Below are positions 1-14,841 of a stretch of 64,000 nt of DNA, piece after piece. The DNA is taken from NCBI RefSeq assembly GCF_009914755.1, contig NC_060933.1, one strand, 5' to 3'. The notes under the pieces were generated by a model. It searched no databases and was not told where the DNA came from. It worked only from the letters and a program-made list of their open reading frames with translations. A program made the position numbers and the translations under genes. The DNA comes from the human T2T-CHM13v2.0 reference genome, Homo sapiens. The first letter of the stretch is position 1, and every line of letters starts with the position of its first letter.

Positions 1-54
1 GCCAGAACCCTCCGCAGCTCCATTGTGCCCTCCAGCACTCCTGCCCCGACCTAC

Positions 55-160
55 CTGTCAAAGAAGGTGGCCAGGAGCCTCCGCAGCAAGACCTTATGCT
101 TCACCCCTGCACACAGGTGGCAGTTCATCAGCTGGCCGCGTGTGATGTAGACCCCAGAGC
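55..160 (-). CDS. NACC2: NACC2 internal coding exon (106 nt) in the BEN domain region, (G)[34 protein letters not shown](R)
   Basis: Translated by hand (missed by the ORF track). Acceptor GTGGCTGCAG|GC at 161/160 and donor GACAG|GTAGGT at 55/54. In frame with the previous exon. Confidence 0.96.
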
Positions 161-500
161 CTGCAGCCACCAAACAGAAAAAGGGCTCGTGGCCTTCCCG
201 GGCCATAGGGTCCGAAGAGGCGCACAGACGGGTGAGGGGGAGGGGGGGAGGTGGAGGGGGAGGAGGAGCTGGAAGCTTCTAGGACTTTTTTTGGGGAGGA
301 GCAATTTGAGGTCCCACCTGCTGGTCACCAGGAGAGGCCATGGCCAAGGCCAGCCCCAGCAGGTCCCAAATCACACATGGAACTAAGCAGGGGGTGGGGA
401 AAGCCACAGCGCCCCCCACCCTCCCCAACGAGCCCCAAACTCCAAGCTCTCCCGGCCATGCTGCGGTCCCCGGCCTCAGCTCCCTCCCCGAGAACACACT

Positions 501-780
501 TTGTTGTTGTTTAGAGACGGGGTCTTGCTCTGTTGCCCAGGCTGGAGAGCAGTGGTGCCATCATGGCTCACTGTAGCCTCGACCTCCCGGGCTCCAGTGA
601 TCCTCCCACCTCAGCCCCCTGAGTAGCCGGGACCACAGGCGCCACCACCATGCCCAGTTAATTTTGATGAAGTCTCCCTATGTTGCCCAGACTGGTCTTG
701 AACACCTGGCCTCAAGCAATCTTCCCACTTCGGCCTCCCAAAGTGCTGGGATTACAGGAGGAGGGGCACTGCACCTGGCC
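501..780 (-). mobile_element. Alu (old, with internal deletion)
   Basis: Antisense Alu motifs, e.g. CTCCCAAAGTGCTGGGATTACAGG. Confidence 0.9.
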
Positions 781-2456
781 TAGGGAACACACTCTGAAGG
801 GCTGGCTGTGGCCCTGGGTTTGGGAAACACTCATGTCTTTGCCTTTCTGCTCCGTCCCAGATACCAGAGAGCCCTCAGGCAACGATGAGGGAGACGGAAT
901 CCCCTGGCTGGAGGGTATGGCTGGAGCTTTGCAGGGCCCAGTGCTGACCTCCTCTGGGTATGTGTGAAGAGGAAAACCAGCTAGGGCAGAGGCGTGGCCA
1001 GAGAGGTCCACGCTGTGCTGTTTACCCTCGGAAACTTGACCACACCCCAGGTGTCCCACCAGGGTCTGGGTGAGCGAGGGCATGGACAAGCAGCAGGACT
1101 GAACCCTCTGGGAACAATGGGGAGGGAATGCTTTCTGGGGGCAGCCAGTCTCAATGACCATGAGATGTCATGTCCTGAAGGACACTGATGTCCAGGTGCG
1201 CCTGCTTCCAGGAGCCTGTGAGTGCCCATGACCTCTTCCTGCCATGGCCCGTCTCCTGCCCCACCACTCCCACAGGCCCTTCCTGCCAGGGTCTGGGCTG
1301 GAGGAACTCTCCTGAGGAGCTCATAAACTGAAGCACGTCTCCAATCCCATCAGCCCCACACCCCAAACAGAGGCCACAGCTGCTGGAGGCTGGGATGACC
1401 GAGAGCATCTTCCTGGGACCACACCTATGTGAAGCACCAGGGCCCGCGTGGGCACCTGCGCCCCAGAGCCCAACCCCAGGGGCCCACCCAGCCGCCCCGG
1501 CAGCCCAGCACTGCGCTCGCCATCCAGAAGCAGTGCCGGGGCAGGGTGGGAGCTCAGGCCACAGCAAGGTGGGCCCCTACCCCTCCTGGCCAGGGCAGCC
1601 CAACACTGCCAGGTGCAGCCCAGGAGGCCACTCTCCCATGAGGACCGAAGTCCCTGGCAGCTGGAAGGCGAGGCCAGCCCAGGCAACCCTCAGGCAGTGG
1701 CTCACACCTGAGGCACTCGTCCTGCTGGGAGGGAAGACCCCGAGACGCTGCCCAAGGTATGGCCTTTGGGGGTGGACAGGAACAGGACAGGGCTACGCAG
1801 AACTGCTCAGGCTGTGGCCAAGGAAAGCGCCTGAGGGCCCAAGCTTGGGGCTTCCTGGAAAACCGGGAAGAAATCCCCAGAAAATGGCCCAATAGTCACC
1901 AAAGAAGATGCCCATGGCGTGGGTCAGACTGGCTTTAGCCTGCCCCATCTTCTCCTTAACAGTTGTAAAAATCTACAAGGAGCTATGACGCCAAAGGAAT
2001 CCAACACAAAAGGTAAATTCCTGAGCGAGGCCCGGCCCCCACGGGCTTCTGGACTCGGACGTGTTTGTTCTGCCAGAAGGATCCCGCCTTGACTGCTGCT
2101 GCCACTTGGAACCTGGCCGTTACCCTCAAAGGCTGCAACTGGACCCTCGCGGGGCGGGGGGACTGGCAACTATACGTGACATGGTTTTATCTGTGACCTA
2201 AATTAAAACACATTGTGATTGCAGCCCCTGCCAATCAGGAATGCGACCAGCCCAGGGGATTCAATTAAAATGCTAAATTAATTCAATTGAATAACTTCTC
2301 TTAATGACACATTCTTCTAAAAGGAAATTAGAGGAAATTTAAGATTTTTTTTTTGACTGATTGGTGATGAGTACATTGTTCAGAGCTCTCCAATAAATAA
2401 ATAAATAAATAAATGAGGACATTTGCATACAATAGATGGGTGGGAGGCAGCCTCAC

Positions 2457-2621
2457 CTGCCACCAGCTCCAGCTTCTCCCCGGGGTCCCCTTCCGAGTAG
2501 AGCTTGGGATGGCAGCGGTATCCGATCTGGCTGATGAGGCTGGCAGGTAGGGCCACGAGGTCGCGGCGGATGAGGACGCAGGAGCGGCTCTCCAGCGGCA
2601 CTGGCTCAGGCTTCTCTTGCA
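2457..2621 (-). CDS. NACC2: NACC2 internal coding exon (165 nt, phase 1-1), (V)[54 protein letters not shown](G)
   Basis: Acceptor GGCCCACAG|TG at 2622/2621 and donor GCAG|GTGAGG at 2457/2456. Joins in frame with the upstream exon (G+TG=Val). Confidence 0.96.
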
Positions 2622-5600
2622 CTGTGGGCCCAGAACCAACCTGGTCAGATGGGCATCTGGGGGGCCGGGCTGCTCTGTGCCTGCCCGCCTGCCCTCCATG
2701 CTCCCTGGGGCCTGTGTTAGACCCACTCTGCCCACCTGGGCCCAGGTGAGGCCACTCTGTGCCGCTCTCCTGCTGGCCTGGGTCAGACTGGCTTCAGCCT
2801 GCCCCATCCCTACTTGGTGCCCTCTTGCCCACCTAGTCCTGCCCTCACAGGGAAGCTCTTGTGAACGAGTGAGCAGAAGATGTGAGGCGAGAGATGCCCG
2901 CTCAGGCCCAGGGAATGAGCTGCTGAGGGCTGACTCCTAGGAGGGTGCTATGCAGAGCCTGCTTGCCGGGCAGGAGTGACAGCTCAGTGCTTGGGTCCCC
3001 AAGGGAGAGTACGGCGCAAGACAGGATGGAGGATGGAGGACGGCTTGGCGGGGCCAGCAGGGCAGCCACTTCTGGGGCCACAAAAACTGCTGGGTGGAGG
3101 AGAGGTGGGTAGCTGGACAGGGGTGACAGGTACTGTGGCCCCCAACTCTTCTCCCAGCAGCTCCCAGCAAGGGGCAGTGGGGCATGGCCACCTGACTCAG
3201 GGGCAAGGACACGGGGGACTCAGTGCATCCAAGAACACAGCCCTGGGACTGTGCTGGCCTGACGAGGAGCAACTCCATAAACACTTGCCAATAGCCAGGC
3301 TGACCGACACGCCACCGCCACCGCCACCAGGGGCAGCCCTCCTGCTGTCTGGGGCTGTTCCCGACAAACCACTGCTGGGGCAGATGACGGCCAGGCGCCC
3401 TGCATCCTCAGGACCTGCAGCTGTGCAGCGCGACCCCGATGGCACCACGCGTCAGAGACGGGCCCCTCGGAGGCTCCTGGGCCACACAGCCCATGGTGCC
3501 ACCCCGAGGTCCCTGGGCAGGACTCTCTGCTGTCAGGGTCACAGAGCCCCTCTAGAGCGTTCATGGAGGGCCAGGGCTGAGACCCCTCATCTGACGACCA
3601 CCTGCTGGACACCCAGCATGCACCAGGTGCGCGGGGCCAAGGAAACACAGCCCTGGCCCCAAATCCTGCCCAGCAATGCCTGGGGCTCCCACTTCCCTGT
3701 TGCCCCCCACCCCCACCACCCTGAGTCCCAGGAAGCCTCATAGGGCCCACCCTCACACAGGGGTCCTCACAAGCCCAGCAGGGTTCCAGGGTGAAGATCA
3801 GCTCCCCTGAGCGGGCCCCCGGTGCTCACATGCCACGGTGGACACCAGTCCGGCACTCCTCACACCCCAGCCTGGTAGGCTGCCAGCACAGCCACCCTGC
3901 TCAGGTGAGGGCGGAGCACCGCCTCCCTCATTCCTGTGTCCCAGCACAAAAGGCAAGGCCCTGAGAGGGCCACCTGCCCAGTCAGCTGCCTTCACTAGGG
4001 AATCAATCCCACTGCCCTGGGCTCCTGCACACCCTACCGAGCGCAAGGCCTGCAGGGAAGGCCCCAAGGCCCAGCCTCCACCTGCCCGATTGCACGAGGG
4101 CAGCCTGCAGGTGGGAGAGGCCCTTGGGCCACCCGGGGCTGGACCTTGCTTGCCGAGGGCACGGCATGGTCCCCTCGGCAGCCTCAGTGTGATGGGAAGT
4201 CCCCCGGTGGGGGGCGGGGGGCAGCTTGCAGGACCTGCTGGTCTCAGCTGTGCAGAGGGAGGGGTGGGGTGGAACCTGCACGTCCAGCAGGCTCGGGGCA
4301 GGCAGCTCCATGCAGAGCCCACCTGCGGCCGCACCGCACCAGGACGCTCAGAGGCAGGTGCACCTGGCCATGCTGTCCCTGTTCCCAGTCCCTCCATGAC
4401 CCCCACCTTGGAGAGTCACAGAAAAACTCTACAGGGGTGGCTGAGCCTCGGGGCGTGGGGGGGCTGCCAAGGGGGCTGCTGGGGAGCAGCCTGAGGAGGG
4501 CAGGAGGCAGGGAGGGTCCCAGAGTCACCTTTGCACCCAGCGCCTGTCAGGGAGGGGCAGGCCACCCAGCCCTGGGGGGCTGAAACCTTGGTTTCTGAGG
4601 ACCCCACATCCTGAATCCACAGCGGGCGCCCCACTGAAGGCAGCAGGTGTTCCACTCCTGAGAACCATGCGGGGTCTGAAACCACCCACCCTGGAGTCAC
4701 CCTGACACTCCCTCCCCAGGGACCCACTGGCCCAGGATGAGCGTGGTACGCACTGCACCTGTCAGTCCCAGGAAGGGGAGCTTCCCAAGGCCCAGGGACA
4801 CCCAAGCAGAGGCTGCAACAGAACAGAGGCCAGAAAGGGGGCCTCAAAGGTGGGTGCACAGCCCCTGCCCGGCCACTACAGGGGTCAGGCAGCATTTCCC
4901 GGTGGGGCAGAGCATCGCAGGATAAGCCCAGAATTACCCGAGTGCTCAGGGAACACAGCAAAACAACCCGGGTGGTATTTTAAAACATAATTACACACCC
5001 CCACCCCCGGTGCAGCCTGCTGTGATTACACACGCGGAGAAGCCGCACGGTGCGTGGCATTTACATAAAGAGTTCACCAACAGAAATAATTCCCCATCCA
5101 CAACCACCTCGTCTCGAGATGTTTTTCTAAACAGCAGAAGTTGTTTGTGCTTGGAACACCCGCCCCTCCCCAGCCCCTGCCCAGCTCCCCAAGAGCCAGA
5201 GACTGTCAGCACCAGAGCGGCCAAAAAAGCCTCTTCTATTTCTGCCTTGCCGTGCACCGGGTGCTGCTGGCTAAAAACACCCCGCCCCGAGTGGAAGCTC
5301 GTCCGCAAAGGTGCCTCAATGTCTTCACGCAGCCTCCACCTCCCCGGCCCCCAGCTCACCCTCTGCAGGAGCTGAGCTTCAAGGTCCAGGCTACAACTGG
5401 GCTTTAACGGAGAACCCGCAGAGAGACTTGTTCATGGCAGAGACAGGACGGCTCATCCCTCGTGGCCCCCGGAAGGGCCATTCAGAGGCCCCGTGAGTCG
5501 GGGCCAGAGCTGGGTTCCAGGGTGGCAGGAGGCCCCTCGATGGGCTTGTGAGCAAGGAAGAGGCCCCTGCCGGTCACACTGAGGTCCCTCCTGAGCCTGG

Positions 5601-6049
5601 GTCTCGGGTACTGGGGGACCCGTGGCCTCCTGTCACCCCAGGACTGGCCGCTGTAGCAGAACTGCCACCTTCACCCTCGACAGCCCTGTGAAGAAACTCA
5701 GGTGCCAGGACGGTGCCCTCCAAACCTCTCAGCATGGTGACATCTGGGAACAGCTCATAAAGAGCAATGAGCTAACTGCATGGAGGTGAACAACCGCGCC
5801 CCCACACAGGGAAGGTGCACCAGGGTCACGACGAGAGGGCCCGGAGCAGCAGCCTCCCGGGCAGCAGGGCCCAGCTACTGAGGGTAGGCAGGTGGGCAGC
5901 CTCCCTGGACCACACGGGGCGAAGCAAACACAAGGACAAATGCTGCCCGGGGCGCGGGGTTGGGGCCTTCAGGGACCCAGAAGGAGCCCCCGCCGTACCT
6001 TCCAGGCCCTTCTGCTCCCAGCCGGGCGACACCAGGGGAGCTTGCGAGA

Positions 6050-6370
6050 GGGCGGCTGAGCCTGGAGGACACCACACTCAGGAAGCTGCCAGACACAGAA
6101 GGACACATCCCGGGGCTCCACTCGCAGGCGGCCCCCAGAGTCGTCAGGTCCACAGAGGCGGGAAACAGAGGGTGGGTGCCGGGGCTGGGTGGGGGAACGG
6201 GGAGGGACCGTTTCATGGGGATGAGAGGTTCATCTGGGGAAGATGGGAAGTTCTGGAGCCGATGGCAGTGATGCTCACAAAACAGTGGGAATGCGCTTAG
6301 CATCACCGAACCACGCACGTAAAAGTCACTGCAACGGCCCCTCTCACGTCCACTTTACCACAATAACAAC
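6050..6370 (+). mobile_element. Ancient L1M(B)-type 3' end fragment, strongly GC-shifted
   Basis: Colinear with the L1 3' fragment at 63345-63672, e.g. GAAGATGGGAAGTTCTGGAG...TTTACCACAATAA. Confidence 0.7.
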
Positions 6371-6769
6371 GCTCAGAAAGAACAAATGAACGAACGTCAG
6401 AAGGAGGGGGCCATGCAGGTCTGGAGGGAAACCGGGTCTCATTGGCCTCACCCTGACTTTTCTCAACTCCCTGGGTTACTGATTGGGTTCTGAGGTGCTC
6501 CACGTCCTCACCAGGCAAAACACCCCGAGATCCCTGCCCACGGGCCAACACCACGGCAGGATGTCCCAGATGGCGAGCCCTGTTCCTGTCCCCAAGGCAG
6601 AGTGTGTCATCGGGGACTCGCCCAGGTGACACCATCAGAGACCACGCAGGCAGCCCCACCAGGGGAGTCTGTGCGGATGTGGGCGGCAGTGGCGAGTGGT
6701 AGGGCCGCCTGGTGGAGCCCAGCAGAGCCTCGGCGGGGGTAGGAGGGAGACGGGGAGGCCTACTCCCTA

Positions 6770-8330
6770 AAAGTGTATACCATTTGTTAAAATGCACCAC
6801 AAGAAAATGAGCCCCTAGTCCTTGATGATACAGAAATATACAACTTAAATGCAAATGGACAGAACAGTGCTGAATCAACTGATTTTAAGACTTCCTGTAC
6901 AGCTACAGTCATGAAGCCTGCATGGTTCAGGGAAGTGGACAGACAGGTCAATGGCACAGAATAGGAGACCCACAGACAGACCCACATGGCCATGCTCGAT
7001 TGGCTTTTGACAAAGGTGCACCAGCCTTTGTCAACGGAGGAGGCAGCAGCCTTCACAAATGGGGCTTGAGCAACTGGCCATCCGCACCCACACGTGGCAC
7101 CAAAACCACCCTCCGTCTCAGCCTCGCACCCTACACAAAAACTGCAGAAGGTCTTTATGAGCTTAGGTTAAGCTAAAGTCTTAGACAAGGCCCCCAAAGC
7201 ACGATCCACAATGGAAATGATTGACGAGCTAGAATTCATCAGAATGAAAAACTTCCGATCTCTGAATGAAGATAAAAAAACAAGCTAGCCACAGACTGGA
7301 GGAAGATGCTTGCAAATCACATATCTGACAAAGGACTTGTATCTAAAAAATATAAAGAAATCTCGATACTCAACAGTTAAAAACCAACAATCCAGTTCCA
7401 AGAATGGGCAAAAGATTTGAAGACTCTTCCCCAGGGGACTTACAGATGGAAATTAGCACATGAAAAGACACTCAAGCATCCTTAGCCATGGGAGAAATGC
7501 AAATCAAGCCATGTTGCGGTCCCACCTCCCAGTGCGGGAAACGTAAAAACACCGACGCCAAGTGCCGGCGAGGATGCGGGGCAGCTGGGACGTCCTGACG
7601 ACGTGGTCTCACCTCCCAGTGCGGCGAAACATAAAAACACTGACACCCCCAAGTGCTGGCGAGGACACGGGGCAGCTGGGACGTCCTGACCTCACTGGGG
7701 AGAGTGCAAAGTGGCATGGCCACTCTGGAAAACTGCTTGGTGGCTTCTTGTCAAGTTCAACATACACTTATGACCCAGCAATTATACTTCTAGGTATTTG
7801 CCCAAGAAAAATGGGAGTTTATCTCCAAAGACAGCCTGCACAGGAACGCTTATCCCGTCTCTACTCTTGAATGCCCCAGGCTAGATGCAGCCCGGATGTC
7901 CTGCAATGGGCATGCAGATAAAGACACTGTGAACCATCCACATGACGTGTTACCGCTTGGCTGTGAAAAGGAACAAATGATTGGCACACAACCTGGATGG
8001 ATCTCAAATCGTGCTGTTACACAGAAGACGTAAAATGATTACATACTGGTGATCCCATTTGTATGACATTGTCCAGGAAACTAAACTTGGGGGACAGAGA
8101 ATCATTTCCATTGTGGCCACCAGGGGCTGGGGTGCGGACAAGCCTCAAGGGCAGCATGGAGGGGTTTGGCGAGGGAGCCATTGTGAATGAGGAAAGGTCG
8201 GGCTACACACCTGTCCCCACGGGGGCAGCCTGCACGACTCTAGGTGGCCTCTGCTCATGGATCTGGAGGCTGACCTGGCACATGCCCTGCACTATCTCTG
8301 CAGCTGCCGGCTTGGCACAGACCAGCTCTG
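6770..8330 (+). mobile_element. Ancient L1M ORF2-3'/3'UTR fragments
   Basis: L1 motifs TTTGACAAAGGTGC, CATATCTGACAAAGGACTTGTATCTA, ATGACCCAGCAATT. Confidence 0.8.
7523..7690 (+). repeat. Tandem duplication with ~87 bp period inside an L1 fragment
   Basis: CACCTCCCAGTGCGG...GGGGCAGCTGGGACGTCCTGAC starting at 7523 and 7610. Confidence 0.9.
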
Positions 8331-9223
8331 GCAACCTGTGAGGGACACTTGTGAACTTGGTGGCATCAGGCGCAGAGCAGGTGCACAGGGACCCAGGTGG
8401 AAATGGTGAGGGGCAATGTGGGGGCACCACAGACGGGTGACCAGGCCCGGGTGATGAGGTAACGGGTGCCCCACATGCAGTGGGCCTCGGGGAGATGACC
8501 ACACTCTCCACATGGGGCTGTGTCCCACCCCCGAAAGCACACAGGTGTGGACTCAACACCCTCCTGCCCGATGCCCAGCAAGGCTGGGACCACAACTTGC
8601 TTCCCAGCTCCCCGCCCAGGTGCCTCCTGATGGCCAGAGCCCAGGGCCGGCTGTGGGGCCAACTGGTGCAGACGTGGCATTTAGTGTGGTCACTGCAGCT
8701 CGGGGAGACCTGCCTTCCCTGCTGTTGCCCCTTCCACCCAGCTTTGGGGGTGGGTCCATGGTCCCAGCTCGCTGCCTCCTGGCCAGTGAGCCTGTTCTGG
8801 GTCCAGTGCTTCTGGCAGTGAGGGGGGCTCACCCTGCTGGTCAGTGTCCCCAGGGCCTGGCACACAGCATGCGCCTAACACACAGGGCCCATCAACTACC
8901 AGTGCTGGCTGGGGCAGTGCCTCTGTCATCCTCCAGAAAGACCAGAAACGACTTCCACGCTGTACTTGGTGGGAGCACAGAGGCCACAATTATAAGGCAT
9001 GCCATTCTCTCATGTGCCACAGGGCAAAGGTGCCACCAATTTAATCATGCCACGCCATAACTGGGAAGGCAAACCATCACCAATTACCACGCCATGCCAC
9101 GCCACACCGTGCCTGTTAAGACACAGCCCGTTTCGTGGATGCTGACACATGGGGAAATGCAGAAAAGCCCAGCAGGGAAAGCCAGGAGGAAGAAAAATGA
9201 AGGCAGAGAGGGACATTCACATC

Positions 9224-9637
9224 AGGAAGGAGGGAGGGAAGGAGGGAGGAAGAAGGGAAGAGGGAGGGAGGAGGGAGGGAAGGAGGGAAGAGGGAGGGAG
9301 GAGGGAGGGAAGAGGGAGGGAGGAGGGAGGGAAGAGAGAGGGAGGGAAGGAGGGAAGAGGAAGGAGGGAGGGAGGAGGGAGGGAGGAGGGACGGAGGAGG
9401 GAGGAGGGAGGGAGGAGGGAGGCAGGAGGGCGGGAGGAGGGAGGGAGGAGGGAGGAGGGAGGAGGGAGGAGGAGGGAGGAGAGAGGAGGGAGGAGAGAGG
9501 AGGGAGGGAGGAGGAGGGAGGAGGAGGGAGGAGAGAGGAGGGAGGGAGGAGGAAGGAGGAGAGAGGAGGGAGGGAGGAGGGGGGGAGGGAGGAGGGAGGG
9601 GGAGGGACGAGGGAGGGGGAGGAGGGAGGGAGGAAGG
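9224..9637 (+). repeat. ~410 bp polypurine GGA/GGGA low-complexity tract
   Basis: Almost only G and A on the + strand. Confidence 0.95.
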
Positions 9638-10532
9638 ACCTGTACGCATATCCTGGCCTCTCTGGGTCTCCTGGGAACCCGGATGGAAAGGGGCTCGCTG
9701 GTCTCTCGAGTCCCCATGCCCACACTCATGGGTGCAGCTGCGGGGGAAGATGTGGGGGCCACTAAGTAGAATCCTCACTGGCACCCCCAGGAGCTTGCTC
9801 CCGACGCGAGGGGCCGGCATGACCCTGCAGCCCGCCAGGGCACCTGGGCCTGCTCAGCTCTCGGAGAACGTGGGATCCCCGAGTGAGTGGGACCCTCTGG
9901 GCTTCTCGACCAGCTCAACAGTCCCATCAAACCTGGCCCCTGCCCTGCCCCACCCACACTCCTGGCCAGTGCCCTCCTTAGAGCTGAGGCTTCCTCCAGG
10001 CCTGGCAGGTGCTGTCATTTTATCTCCTGCAAATCCCAGCACCCACTCCTACCAGCACCAAGCCTGGTCCTGGAGACTCAAGAAGTCCCCAAGTGGTCCA
10101 GGCCTCCGACAGGGATCCCAGCGATGATTTTTATTGCTGATCTGATGGCATCCCTTTCCTGCTCTACATCCATCCACACGTTTCTCAGACTTGCCCAAGG
10201 ACATCCTCGAGGCAGCAGGTGGCCCGCCCTGCCTTTGCAAGAGCTTGTCCAGCCATAGGCACAGGTTGAATCAATCCCACCTATCACAGCACATGGCACG
10301 GGTCACTGTGAAGACACTAGCAGGGTCTGTGTGTGCTGAGAAGGACGACCAGGACACTAAGGACAAATGAAGGGCAATGCACGGGATGCCACCCACACAA
10401 GTGTGTACCCACCGCCATACACACGTGCATGCCCCCAACCACACAAATGCACAACCCCCCCCACACACACGTGCACATGCGTCAGACATGGAGGAAGCTC
10501 CCGGGATGTGTGCCAGCTGTGAGTTCCTCTGG

Positions 10533-10964
10533 GAGACAGAGTGTGTGGGGACAGCGTGTGTGTGTGAGGCCAGAGTGTGAGTGAGGGCCAGAGTGTGTGT
10601 GTGTGTGGGTGAGGACAGAGGGTGCGTGTGAGGACAGTGTGTGTGTGGGGACAGAGTGTGTGTGTGTGTGTGTGTGTGAGGACGGAGTGTGTGTGTGTGA
10701 GGACAGAGTGTGTGTGTGTGAGGACAGAGGGTGTGTGTGAGGACAGAGGGTGCGTGTGTGTGAGGACAGAGGGTTTGTGTGAGGACAGAGTGTGTGTGTG
10801 TGAGGACAGAGTGTGTGTGTGTGAGGACAGAAGGTGTGTGTGTGAGGACAGAGGGTGTGTGAGGACAGAGTGTGTGTGTGTGAGGACAGAGTGTGTGTGT
10901 GTGAGGACAGAGGGTATGTGTGAGGACAGAGGGTGCGTGTGAGGACAGTGTGTGTGAGGACAGA

Positions 10965-11000
<36 letters not shown>

Positions 11001-11070
11001 ACAGTGTGTGTGAGGACAGTGTGTGTAAGGACAGAGTGTGTGTGTAAGGACAGAGTGTGCATGTGAGGAC
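10533..11070 (+). repeat. Minisatellite/VNTR with unit GAGGACAGAG(G/T)(GT)n, ~20-24 bp
   Basis: More than 20 recurrences of the GAGGACAG-type core separated by variable GT runs. Confidence 0.95.
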
Positions 11071-12097
11071 CAGCAGGGGAGAATGGCTTTCACTCTATGA
11101 CCTTTTCCTAGTCTTTAAGACAGTGAACACACATTAGCTATGCAAAAATAAATATATTTAACTTTTAAAACGCCCCAGAGATTCCCACTGTGGATATGAG
11201 GGAGCAGCCAATATTAGACTAACTCCCTCATCAAAAACAACTACCAAAATTATCAAAAGACCAACTACAACCCTGAGGGGCTGCGATCCTGAGAACTGGG
11301 ACCTGCCAGCCCTGGGGTGGAGCAGCTGAGGCGGCAGGGCCTAAAGGCGGCAGTGGCTGACAGAGCCGGGAGCCTCGGGGCCCAGGATCCTGAGAGCCGG
11401 CCTCAGGGTGCAATTTCGGAACTGTCCCTTGGATATCTGCTGACTACTAAGTAGCCATGCATGCAGGCAGAGATGGAGCAAAATCAACTGCCAAGAAACG
11501 AAAAAAACAAGGAAATCTAGAATTTGGCATCTCGTGTATTGGAGAGATGAAAATGGACTGATTTCAAGGCCAGCCAAGAGGAGGGGTTCTGGGGAACACC
11601 AGGCTTTCAGCTGAGGCCCTGGAAGGGCTACAGGCTACGGTGTGAGGCAAACCAGAAGCACACCGGCCTTGGAGAATGTGGGCACGGGCGCTGCTGGATG
11701 GCACAGATTTCCCCTCACTGCAGACCTTCACGCAACAGTCCCCAGACCCTTTGAGGAGTGCTGCTTACGACTCCTCACCTGTTTTCACACGATGTCCGGC
11801 CGTCCATAAGAAAGGGCCAGGAATCCCAGAAAACAGAACCAAATGATAGAAAACTATTTCACAAAGAGATGTTAGATGTGGACCCATAGACCAAATGATA
11901 AAAAACAAAACAAAACAAAACAACAAAACAAAACCAACAATTTACAGAAGGACATCAGATCAGACAACTAGCAGACACCGAATTTAAAATAACAATTTTT
12001 AATGTGTACAAGAAATACAGGCAACAAGATGGAAAATTTCACCAGAAAACTAGAATCAACAAAAGGGATTAAGTCCTATTAAAAAAAAAAAAAACGC

Positions 12098-14694
<2,597 letters not shown>

Positions 14695-14841
14695 TTGACA
14701 CCATTAAGGAACACTCCATTACACAACAGGTTCTACAGAACAGGGCTGGCAAACTTCTGCTGGGAGGGCCAGAGAGTAAATACTTTAGGTAGGCTGACCA
14801 CATGTACTTTCTGCCACTTGTCCTTCTTTGCCTTTGCTTCC

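Noticed and set aside
3321-3340. CTCF-like motif CCACCAGGGGCAG (another partial match near 49730)
   Set aside because: Spacing differs from the core consensus by one base, and such matches are common by chance in GC-rich DNA.
10533-11070. Repeat-spacer pattern resembling a CRISPR array
   Set aside because: The spacers are only GT runs, there are no cas genes, and the context is a primate intron; it is a minisatellite.
9094-11093. Long G/E/R-, P/S/L- and H/T-rich ORFs
   Set aside because: Translations of the polypurine tract and the VNTR.
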